From contig JAHRHZ010000009.1 of NCBI GenBank assembly GCA_024137785.1, positions 27,867,912-27,931,911 on the forward strand: a stretch of DNA of 64,000 bases, read 5' to 3'. The stretch's first letter is position 1, and each line of letters opens with the position of its first letter. The notes beneath the pieces were generated by a model that was given only the letters and a program-made list of their open reading frames with translations, searched no databases and had not been told where the DNA came from. Of this stretch, positions 38,205 to 49,315 are shown in pieces. This stretch comes from Ginglymostoma cirratum (taxonomy: Eukaryota). A program made the position numbers and the translations under genes.

Positions 38205-39625
38205 AAATAGAGCCACACAGCATGGAAACAGATCCTTCAGTCCAACTCATCTGCACCAACCAACCATCCCAATCTGACCTAGCCCCAGTTGCCAGCATTT
38301 GGCCCATTTCCCTCTCAACACTTCTTATTCATATACCCTTTCAGATGCCTTTTCAATGTTGTAATCACACCACCCTCCACCACTTCCTCTGGCAGCTCGT
38401 ACCGTACATGCGCCACACTCTGTGTGAAAAAAATTGCCCCTCAGGTCTCTTTTGAATCTTTCCTGTCTCAACTTAAACCTATGACCCCTAGTTTTTCACT
38501 CCCCTGCCCTGGGAGAAAGATCTTGGCTTTTCACCCTATCCATGTCCCTCATCATTTATATACCTCTGTAAGGTCACACTTCAGCCTCCAACACTTCAGG
38601 GAAATTAGTTTCAGCCTATTCAGCCTCTACCTATAGCGCAAAACCACTAGCCACAGCAACACCCTTGTAAATCTTTTCTGAACCCTTCTAATATTAACAA
38701 CATCTTTCCTACAGCAGGGAGACCAGGATTGAATGCAATATTCTAAAAAAGGCCTCACCAATGTCTTGTACAGCCACAACATGACATTACAAGTCTTATA
38801 CTCAATGCATCAACCAATGAAGGCAAGCATGTCAAACACCTTCTTCACCACCCTGTCTACCTGTGATTCCACTTTCAACGAACAGTGAATCTGCACCCCT
38901 AGGTCTCTTTGTACAGCAATACACCCCAGGAAACTACCATTAACTGTGTAAGTCCTGCTGTAGTTTGTCTTATCAAAATGCAACACATCACATGTACCTA
39001 AATTAACTCCATCTGCCACTCCTCGTCCATTGGCCCATCTGATTGAGGTCCTATTGTACACTGAGATTTTTTTTTCTTAATTCATTCTTGGGATCGGGGC
39101 ATCACTGGCTAGGCAGAATTTATTGTTCATCTCTAATTGCCCAAGGGCAGTTAAGAGTCAACCACATTGCTGTGGGTCTGGAGTCACATGTCGGCCAGAA
39201 ACCAGGTAAGGATGGCAGCTTCCTTCCCTAAAGGACATTAAGTGAACCAGATGGGTTTTTCCAACAATTGACAATGGATTCACAGTCATCATTAGATTCT
39301 TAATTCCAGATATTTATTGAATTCAGATTCCACCATCTGCCGTGGCGGGATTCGAACCTAGATCCCCGAAACATTATCTGGGTCTCTGAATTAACAGTCC
39401 AGCAATAATACCGCTGGGCCATTGCCTCCCCAATATTCACTGTCCACTACTCCACCAATTCTGGTGCTATCTGTAAACTTACTAATCTCCAATATACACA
39501 TTCAAATCATTTATATAAATAATGAAAAACACTGGATCCAAACTGAACCATATGGCACAGCGCTGGTCAAAAGCCTCCAGTCCGGAAAACACTCTTCTAC
39601 CACCACCCTCTGTCTCCTACCTTCT
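38205..39625 (-). mobile_element. CR1 LINE 3' part with a SINE insertion
   Basis: CDVLHFDK...QRDLGVQIH.SLKVESQVDRVVKK on minus; homologous to 985-2105 and 3785-4545. Confidence 0.9.
39067..39430 (-). mobile_element. tRNA-derived SINE (same family as 8903-9240)
   Basis: Minus-strand A box TGGCCCAGCGG (39411-39421), perfect B box GGTTCGAATCC (39348-39358) and a poly-A tail at ~39067. Confidence 0.9.
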
Positions 39626-39657
39626 CATACAAGCTCACTGAGCTAAAAGACGACATT

Positions 39658-39755
39658 GAGATAACAAGGTGTAGAGCTGGATGAACACAGCAGGCCAAGC
39701 AGCATCATAGGAGCAGGAAGGCTGACGTTTTGGGCCTAGACCCTTCATCAGAAAA
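39658..39755 (-). mobile_element. PLE pseudo-LTR fragment (family A) with hammerhead motif
   Basis: Minus: TTTT-CTGATGA-A-GGGT-CTAG-GCCC-AAAA-CGTC (G12 mutated to A). Possible TSD acRacatt. Confidence 0.8.
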
Positions 39756-39959
39756 ACAACATTTTTGAGCTTGATTTAATCCAGGAGTTCGGGCCCCTAA
39801 CTAGAGCTGACAAGTACCACATGTCATCTCATTTGGGCAATACTCATTGTATTAAATGCCATTAAAATAGCCAGCAGTTGGCCAGTGAAATCCCTTCCCT
39901 GAGAAATACTGACCATTGAGAGACCATGATCCTTCCAGCCCCAGACTCAATCAGGGCAA

Positions 39960-40440
39960 AACTAAAAAGAGAAAATGTTGGAAAATGTTAGCAGATCTGG
40001 CAGCATCTGTAGAAAGAGGAGCAGAGTTAATGTTTCAAGTCCAGTATGACTCATCTTCAGAACTGAAAGGAGCTGGAAAATTGGTGTGTTTTTTATGCTG
40101 TTGACAGAGATGGAGGAGGAGCAAGTGAAACAGATAGTGAAGCTGTCCAGAGCAAAATACAAAGGGAGTGTTAATGGTGGTGAATGAAAGATAGAGATGT
40201 AAAATAGGTCTAAATGAAAAGGAGAAAATTGGCCCATTCTGCAGAGAGTGAAACCAACAAGGCACAAACAAGACATGGCTGGGAAAAGAGAAGGATGGAT
40301 GTTCATAATTAAAATAGAAAACTAAAGTTATGCTCTGAAGTTATTAAACTCGACAGAGTCACAGAGGCTGTAAGGCATAAGAAAATGAGGTGCTGTTCAT
40401 CCAGCTTGTGTTGTTTTTTGTTGGAATACCATAGCAGGCC
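39960..40440 (-). mobile_element. Old Penelope-like element 3' end (GIY-YIG C-terminus plus family-B pseudo-LTR)
   Basis: The minus strand from ~40412 reads QHKLDEQHLIF...LQP...EFNNFRA* (PLE endonuclease end). Hammerhead CTGAAGA-T-GAGTC-ATACTG-GACTT-GAAA-CATT at 40027-40062. Confidence 0.75.
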
Positions 40441-40770
40441 CAGGATGCAAATGGTAAAGTGGGACCAGGGATGGTTTACTGACATACCATTTGCCAGATG
40501 TAAATCTCATGCAGCAGGAGGCTTGTCTATCTAATGCCAGGAAAGTTCAACGCTGACTTGAAACTGGCAGCAGAATCTTGTGTTGCTCCTGGGAGTAGAA
40601 AGAAAGATGGATGGGGATATGTAATTGGGCAAGAGGCTAAACTTTGGAATCCCAAGAACAGGATAAGTTTGTCAATTAAGTTCTCAAAAATTTAAAGGTG
40701 ACTGGAATTTCTCAACAGTGAGCATCAGGAAGCCCTTTTTGACGTATTTGTGTCACATGACTTCTCATTA

Positions 40771-40865
40771 GAAGGGGAAGAAGGGTCCCAACCCAAAACG
40801 TCAACTTTCCAGCTCTTCTGATGCTGCCTGGCCTGCAGTGTTCCTCCAGCTCCACACTGTTATCA
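40771..40865 (+). mobile_element. PLE pseudo-LTR fragment (family A), decayed hammerhead
   Basis: gaagaagggtcccaacccaaaacgtcaactttccagctcttctgatgctgcctggcctgc matches 1-90. Confidence 0.75.
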
Positions 40866-41816
40866 ATAAAAATCAAGCTCCCCTTTCCATGAAGTTCACC
40901 ATGAGTGAGAAATACCACATGCACTTAGATAACCAACTGGATATAAGAGCCGAGCATATGGCAAGGTAAATATCTTCTTGGGCTTTGGAGTGAGCAGCCA
41001 TTGATTTGTCCTCTTCAAAGGACGTTCATCTGTGCCATGATATGACTGAGATCAGGTGCACAGAGTTTTGAGGGTGGGAGAATGGATTGTAACAGGCATG
41101 GGCCATGGAAGCTAGTCAAGGGTGGAAGCCTGTCTGGCCAAGAGTGTCATGTTGACCAGGGAAGGGAGACAAACTGACTGAAGAAGGATGGAAGCGGCAG
41201 TTTAATTACAGTTGGCCACTCTGAAACTTTGGCTTGCCAGGAATGAATGAGTGCACTTTGGCAGAAGGCATTCAACTCCTTCAATCAAAGATGGAGCTAA
41301 TGACTTCCTGCACACCCAGTGATCAGATTCATAGTTCTATCCGTGTATACATAACTAATGAGCTGAGCTGCCCATGATTGCTTGACAAAACCTGGTCCAT
41401 CTTCCAGAGGGTAAAACATAATGTTTGGGTCTCACGGCCTAACTTTGATTGAAGCAAGGAAGATCCTGCTGAAATGTAGAATTTGTACTCACAATCAATG
41501 CATGCAGCACTAATGCATTTTCAGGAACTATTCAAAAGCACATGCAGGGCTATGCCTTCTTGTATGATCTTAGGGTGACTTTATTCTTTCTTTAAATTTG
41601 CCTTTTCTTAATCCACTGCTTTTCAGTCCGGGCAATCGATTTGAGATGCCTTTTGAGGCTTTGCAATTCTTTCCCTCATACTGTGTTATCCCCCTTTTAA
41701 TTGTCCACATCCCTTTAAGAGTTACTCATGTGCAATTTTCTGCTCACAGCAACATTGTTTACTGTGGCCATTCCACTTTGAACATAAAGTCACCTTTGGA
41801 ACATTTATTAAGGTGT

Positions 41817-41953
41817 AAAATCCAAAAGAACTACGGATGCTGTAAATCAGGAACAAAAACAGAAGTTGCTGGAAAAACTCAGCAGGTCTGGCAACATCTG
41901 TGAAGGAGAAAACAGAGTTAACGTTTCAGGTCCGGTGACCCTTCCTCAGAACT
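41817..41953 (-). mobile_element. PLE pseudo-LTR fragment (family B) beginning at a hammerhead
   Basis: Homologous to 45868-46007, 39960-40065 and 3184-3390. Confidence 0.8.
41916..41953 (-). ncRNA. Minimal type-I hammerhead ribozyme motif
   Basis: AGUU-CUGAGGA-A-GGGUC-ACCG-GACCU-GAAA-CG-UU-AACU: intact core, stem II, palindromic AACGUU, and perfect stem I AGUU/AACU. Confidence 0.78.
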
Positions 41954-42157
41954 ATTAAGGTGTGTTGCTTCATAATAAGTAAAAAGAAGAAAACTCTTGG
42001 AAAAGACGGGCTCAAGTTGTTTGTGTTGGCCTCTGCGTACAGTGCAAATGATTCCATTGTGGTGTCAAACATAGTTTTTAAAGTACACATGTGGCCTTTG
42101 GAATTCCCCAACATTTTTCAAAAGTTATCCACATCTAAACAAATGTTTCAAGGGTTA

Positions 42158-42410
42158 AAATCATAGAGACCTACAGCAGAAAAGGGCCCTTCAGCTTATC
42201 ACTTCTGCACCAGTCAAAAGCAACCACATAGTTATTCTAATTACATTTTGCAGCATTTGACCCATAGCCTTGTATGTATTTAAGTACACTTAAATGTGCA
42301 TTTCTTAAATGTTTTCAGGGTTTCTGCCTCTACCACCTTTACAGACAGAGTTCCAGATTCCACTACTCACTGTGTAAAAAAGCTTTTTCTCACATCTCCT
42401 CTAGATCTTG
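42158..42410 (-). mobile_element. Old CR1 3' tail remnant
   Basis: atcatagagacctacagcagaaaagggcccttcagc... matches the minus-strand CR1 3' ends elsewhere in the window. Confidence 0.6.
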
Positions 42411-44289
42411 CACTACTTCACGACTTTTCGTGTTGTCTAAACATTTATTCTTTTTTGACTCAGTGCAAAGAGCTGTATTCAGGGCAGGGGAATTGTAATT
42501 GGTATCTGTTGGGATAAACATGTACTGCCTGATTAGAACCAATGCTGTTGCAATTTATCTCATATTGGCGAATTGTCTATAATGGCAGCTTAATACCCTC
42601 AACTATTTAAGAGTAAGAAGCCAAGGGATACTTTTTGTTTGTGGCTGACAAACTTCTAACTTCGACTGGTGACAGACTGAATATGATCCATATCATTAAT
42701 GTATGTCTCCATGGACCTTCAATGTCTATCATACTCTTTTCCAACTTATCATAAAGCACTCTGAAAAATGTTGCTGCTTATGAAGAGAACTACTGCAGAT
42801 AACAGCAAAAATCAAAATCGTGTCTGAGACAACCAGTTTTCCTGGCCCTAGCAATCACATATTTACATACACTCAGTGTTGAACCCTATACAGGCATGAA
42901 AATATCATACAAATTAAAGGTGTATTTGTTAAATGGGCACAGAAGCTTTTAGTATTACTCTTGGATATTCTGTCACTTTGTCAGTACTAACTCCAGACAG
43001 ACCTGAAACTCAGGCCAAAACCTAATTGCATACTGACAATCACAGCCTCTCGTACAATTCATAAATCATAATTCATAAATTAATTACTCCTTATGTTCAG
43101 GATACATCAACAACAAACAATTCACCATGAGCAATAGATACATCAAAACTTAGTGTGTGTTAGTCAAATATGAATTGGATCTCATTGACTTTTCATTGTA
43201 TTGTGGTGATTCCACATCCCAAACACAAACACCTTCACTGTCTGAAACGCCCAGGGCTTCGAAAACCACAATACAGGATGTTGACTTGCTTAGTGCAATG
43301 AATTGGAAAAGTACTTTGGACTATCACAAGGTCTAATGGATAAAAGCTGCCCTGTTCACCCTCAAAAATTGCCAGCAAAAGCTATTCAGGCTCAGGAACA
43401 CTGGGCAGAAATCTAACAGCTGCTGAGAGATTTGGGCATTGATGAGGAAGTTGGAAGGACCACGTGAAATAGGCAGTAAGGTGATTTCAAATCTTATGAC
43501 CAAAAAGTTCCACTTTCCAAACAAGTATTCACTGGCAAGAAGCAAATCTCACTAGTGAGTAGCAAAAGACTTATTTGCATGCATCAGAGCATCTAGCCTT
43601 ACTGATATGCAGTTTCCTATTCTCCCATCCTCCAGAGAGAAACTAGACACCAACAATTCCTGACATGGAAGTAAGAGTGGCCACCTGGTGATTCCAGCTC
43701 GCTGGTTGTTCCTGCACACCTCCAATCTGGACAGAAGTAACCAAAATCTCAGGGAATGTTCTGTGACAGCACCTTCGTGCACCACTCATCCACCCCATTC
43801 TCCAGGTCTCAGTCGATGAAGTAGTGCTGCATTTCCCTCTGCCTGACATATCTGGAGGTGACAGGAGCCATGTAGGGCAGTTTGCACTTGACCAGGTGCA
43901 TGGTTACACTTTAAAGTTGGCGCCAGTATCAGGAAAATCCCAAGAGATCATGGCAGTGTTAAATACTGCAGAGCGTCATGGAGGCACGAGGCACAGTTAA
44001 TGAGAAGAAGATAACAAGAGAAAACTCACAAGGGCCCACAGAGAAAAATCCTCCATGAAATTCGTCCAAGTTGACACTTAGCCAATTTTTGGTAAAATTC
44101 AGCTCACTATGTTGGACCTTAGTTGAGACACCACATCAAAAGCCATTAAATCAGCTGCAAGACAATTAGTCAAAATAAGATAGCTTTACTTTGAAAGTGG
44201 GAGAAGGACTCTGCTTGCAGTTTACTAAGAACGCTCTGTTTTTACAAGGCCTCCATTCCAGCTAAAGCACCAATGCAAGTAAGAAACAG

Positions 44290-45372
44290 GGGCCTGCTAA
44301 GAAACAAACTAAAATCATGACAAATCATTGCAAGAAAATACAGAGTAGTGGTCAACAGATATTTTTTGTGCTGGAAGAAGGTTTGTTGAAATCCCCAGGC
44401 ATCAGTATTGGGACCCTTGCTTTTCATGATGTATATTAATGGTCAGGATTTTGGTGTGCAGTGGACAATTTCCAAGTTTTCAGATGAGACTAGTTGCGGA
44501 AAAATTGTGAACTGTGCGGATGACAATGTGGTACTCCAAAAGGACATTGAAAAGTTGATACAGTGAGCAGATAGGTGGCAGATAATGTTCAATGCAGAGA
44601 AGTGTAAAGTGATTTACTTTGGTCAAAAGAACACTGACAGACAAGATAAAATAGGCGGTACCAATCTAAAGGGGGTGCAGGAGCAGAGGGACTTGGGTCT
44701 GTATGTGCACAGATCATTGAAAGTGGTAGAACAAGTGGAGATAGTGGTCAATAATGCATAGAGTATTCTCGGCTTTATTAATAGGGGCGTAGAGTACAAG
44801 AGCAAGGGAGGTGAACTCATACAACGTATTTTTTTGATTTCAACCTGAGTATTGCCTACAGTTGTGGGTGCCACATTGTAAGAGGGATACAAATGCACTG
44901 GGGAGAGTGCAGATGCAGTCTACAAGAATGTCTCAGATTCTGAGAAACCTTGGTTATGAGGAAAGATCGAAAAAGTTGTGACTGTTGTCCCTGGACAAAA
45001 GAAGGCTGACAGGAGATTTGATAGAGGTTTTCAAAACCATGAACGGGCTGGACAGATTAGGCAGGGTGAAGATGTTTCTTCTTGCAAAAGAGAAAGGAAT
45101 GAGACAGCATTGATTTAAGGTGATATGAAAATAAAACAAGGGTGATGTGAGACAACAATTTTCACATGGCGAGTATAGAATGCACTGTCTGAAAATGTGG
45201 TGGAGGCACGTCCAATTGTGGCATTCAGGAGGATAGTGGATTTTTTTTAGATGGTAATGGTGTAAAGGGATAAGGAGAAAAGGCAGGAGACTGGCACTAG
45301 GTCATAGAGCTGGTGTAGGCGTAATGGGCTGATTAACCGCCTTCTACACTGTATTAATTGTTTGATTCCGTG
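44290..45372 (+). mobile_element. Older CR1 RT/3' fragment
   Basis: [39 protein letters not shown] and GDLIEVFK motifs; CR1-like tail. Confidence 0.85.
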
Positions 45373-45867
45373 AAATTGTAATTTCTTTTTCTCTGTCTGT
45401 TTCTAACTTTGCACATGTGACAGTATGAAACAGTGACTTAAAAACCTCTAGGACAAGTCTGTGATAACAATTAATCTGCTTTATTTTTAAATTTGCAGTT
45501 TGCTGTTAAAATCATTTAAATTAAAAAGTCTCTCTGGTGGTAGGAAAGTACATACTTCACTTATTAAAAATATTTTGATCATAGGCAATAATAAAATTTA
45601 TAATCTCTGTCTGCGGCACTCAGTATATAATGCTGTACTTGCATTAGTCTTCAGCTTTAATTTTTTTGTCCATAAATGTACGTTTTGCAAGTCATATAAC
45701 CACATACAATGGATCAAACAGGTGAGAAGAGCCATGTTGCGAAGATGTGTGAGGGTTTGAGACATGTTGACACAAACAAGCTCTACATGGCAAACAGCAA
45801 TGACAAGTTGTTCTTCCAGCAAAAAAAATGAAGAATAAAGCTGGTTTCAAGCTAGAAAATTTGTTAC

Positions 45868-46007
45868 AAAATAAAAACTGAAAGAATTGCGGATGCTGTA
45901 AATCAGAAATAAAAACCAAAATTACTGGAAAAGCTCAGCAGGTCTGGCAGCATCTGTGGAAAGAAATCAGAGTTGATGTTTTGGGTCAAGTGAACCTTCC
46001 CCCAGAT
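45868..46007 (-). mobile_element. PLE pseudo-LTR fragment (family B), decayed hammerhead
   Basis: Closely matches 41817-41953; the core is mutated (CTGGGGGA...CCCAAAACATC). Confidence 0.75.
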
Positions 46008-49000
46008 TTGTTAACTCATTAAGTGACTGCACTACGCAAAGAGAATTCAGTGCTGGTGAAAAACCAGTGTGAGAAAATAACCCATCCTGACGAAGAAACT
46101 CAGTACCGAAGAGGCCACAAGAGCTGGGACCAACCAATGTTATATATGGGGATAGCTTCTCAAAAATCTGAGAATAATTTCACCATCACCAGAAAGGCAT
46201 TAGAATTATGCATGAAACAGGGGGCAACTCCTTGAGTCCAGCAAAATATTCAATTTAATAGATGAAGAGAAAGAAGATTTGTTGTGGTGGGACAATTCTG
46301 ATCTGAAGACACCAAAATCTGATCCTAATGGAATCTGTACTATGTTGCCAGAACCCAAGTGTCTCAGAATGAATTAAATTAACTTTTTGTCAGATTGTGA
46401 ATGCAGTCAATCTAGAGGATTTTAAAATGCCTTTAGTGTGGTTAAAGGTATTTTTGTATGATTAATATATTCAATAAACTAAACCACATGATTTAATATT
46501 AATTACCATTGTTATATATTTTCTCCATATTTCAAAATGGCTACCACCCACATTGTTCATTCACATTTTGCACTCATTGTATAAATTGAACCCACATTTT
46601 GGAATGAGTTTTGAGCATTTAAGATTAAGGTTGACTTATGTTGCAGAATTCATGGCATATAAGTTTCATGCAGTTGTAACTATTCGGAAGTATAGATTTG
46701 TTTTCAGTCTCCTAGTTAGCTCTCAAAATTAAAACAGAATTCATTTCTAAATGACAGGAAAACATTTGACAGAAATTATCTTCATGAATTGGTAAGGAAT
46801 AATATTATGCTACAAATGTTTTCATAATACTAATGAACAAAAGCTAATGATTGAGAGTAACATTGGCATTAAGCTATCCCACAACAATAATCTTGTCTGT
46901 AATGCTTCAATAGAATACTTGCAAATCTCAAGGCACATGTTCCATTTGCTTTCTTATGTGTTATTGTAACTGCTGTGGTAAGTTACTGCTACGACTCTCT
47001 GGGTACTCACAAGGTCACTAGCAGGGCATGATGCACTATTTTGAGGCAGTATGATAAATGCTCTTAAGCTCATCACAAATGAGGTAATCATTAACTCTAG
47101 ATCTTGCAGTACAAATGACATTAATATCCATTGGACAGGCAAGACTAATCCTTGCTTTTGCAGACAAAGTAAAATGTGTGCTATTATCCATCAAAATAGC
47201 AGTGTCCCGACCTACAGATCTATATGTATCTATATGTCTTAAAGTATAGATTTGTACATGTTATAATGAAAGCATTGTTAACATTACTTTGGTGTTCCAT
47301 CATTAAGTTCAATGATTATTCACGACATATCTTGTCCAAAGACACAGGACAATTCATAGAAAATGAATTCTATTAAATGCAAGAAAAGACTAATGTCAAA
47401 ACCTATTCCTGCACCAAGGACTCTAATGAGAACTTTCTCAAATAAGTATAATGCTGTCAAACTTTGCTTAATAAATTGTAACTGTGAAGGCAATAAATTC
47501 ATATACTTGAGTACTGACATCAGCGGTAGCATCTACTGCAATCATAGCATGGCATACAAATAATGTAGGCCAACACAAGTACAGCATTTCCAGGGTCACA
47601 GTAGGTTAAAGAAGACACGAGATGTCAGTCAAACCATGACAAATCACTGCCTGTAACTGTCAGTATCAAGATGACATCATTACATCTAGATAGCATTGAG
47701 CTCTGAAATAATTCTTCAATTCAAAATTGTCTGGGCAGAGTTACATTTGCAGAGTTGACATATGCTGAACAATCCAAGCATATTAACTGAACAGGCCATG
47801 CCACTATATATGTCACAACCAGTTTTCTGCCTATTTTGCAAAATTCCATTAAACTGGTTGTCACAGCCCAGCTTGGAAATCCAGAGTACAAATGTTAAGT
47901 GTGCCTTCGTGGTTTTTTAGTCACATGTTGCCATGACTTTAAAAGTGTGAAGCTCTCAGTAAGTGATGAGAGCTTGACAGAATCCACATCTAAACGCAGC
48001 CAGCTTTTACTGATAGAGTCATGCTGCTGTATTTTAAGAAATAGAGTAACATACTGGAAAGCATTTTTGGTTATATTTATACAAACTGTCACCTTAATTT
48101 CAGGAATGAAATCATGGGGAACAGTAAAGTGTCGACCTCTCCTCAAGAGATCCAAGTTCCATTTGCACTTTTGTCTGACATTAACACTCAGTATTGCTTT
48201 TAAGAGATTGACTTACCGGTCCCAACCAACCCAACTGGGAAAGGGAGCTCAAACGCACTCTTCCTACTTCCTGCAAGTTGCTATCTTAGTCAATTGTCCA
48301 AACAGTGGCAATGATAGCATCTAGTAAATTATCCAATGGTTGGACCTTCTTGGGGTCAGGAAGTAGGGGTGGGAAGAACTTAAAACAAGTTAAATAGAAA
48401 ATAAAGACTAAATGTTATGTCGTTTAGATAACGTTAGATGCTAAATACTATCTGAATATTAAGCACTTGTTAAAGTGACATGTTACTCTCAACTTATTAT
48501 ATGCTGCTGGAAGTTCAACTGACACCTCAGACTCTAGCAATTTTTGAAACATTGGATCAGAAATTCACTCATAACTCAAATGTTATGTAACTTGGACAGA
48601 TGTGAGTGATACAACTGGTATTGCAGTGTGTTGGTATGTTTCCAACTTACATATTATAACAAATAATCAAAATTTTGGTAGATATTCACTTTTTCATATA
48701 GTATTTGATTAGAAACTATTTTGCCCTTCCTTCTGCATTTGCTGAAATTCTTCGCCTCTGCAACCAACTGCAGCAAGAAGATGGGAGAGCAGCACCTAGA
48801 TTTCCAATGACACCATTCTTGATCTTTGCAGTATCCTTTCATTCCCTTCTCCATCAAGGAGCAGGTGGTCTCCTCAATGTGGCACAACTGAGATCAGTAA
48901 CTCAGTGGTGTGATCTAATCACATGCTGAGATCCATATTTCACCATCATTGGGGGGTCATGCATTTGAAGTGCTTCATGACTCAGGGGAGTGAGATTAAT

Positions 49001-49169
49001 TGAATAGCTGCACCAAAGAACCAGTTCAGGCATGAAAGGCAGAATAGTTGTCTCCTTTGTTTCATTATTTTATGATGCTATAGTATATTGTATTTTTAAA
49101 CTTTCTGTACTACAATGTCCTTAGCCATAACCTTTTACCTCCTCTGAAATGATCAATGCAAGAGATCAA

Positions 49170-49315
49170 TGTAAGATTCCCACATCGGCTGAGGCTACCA
49201 TGAAGGATTCTATTTCTCAGCCTCTCCCCTTACCTCAGACATGGTAACCTCAGGTTAAGTGACCACCCATTACGCTAATGAGAGAGCAGTCCCATTTAGA
49301 AAGTTTACCTTTAAT
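49170..49315 (+). mobile_element. Short SINE-like remnant
   Basis: ggctgaggctaccatgaagga...ctcaggttaagtgaccacc...taatgagagagcagtccc...tttaccttt resembles a short interspersed repeat I recall from sharks; not verified. Confidence 0.4.

Noticed and set aside
37868-38455. 195-aa ORF
   Set aside because: It runs across antisense CR1 tails, has no domain signature and has a non-ATG start.
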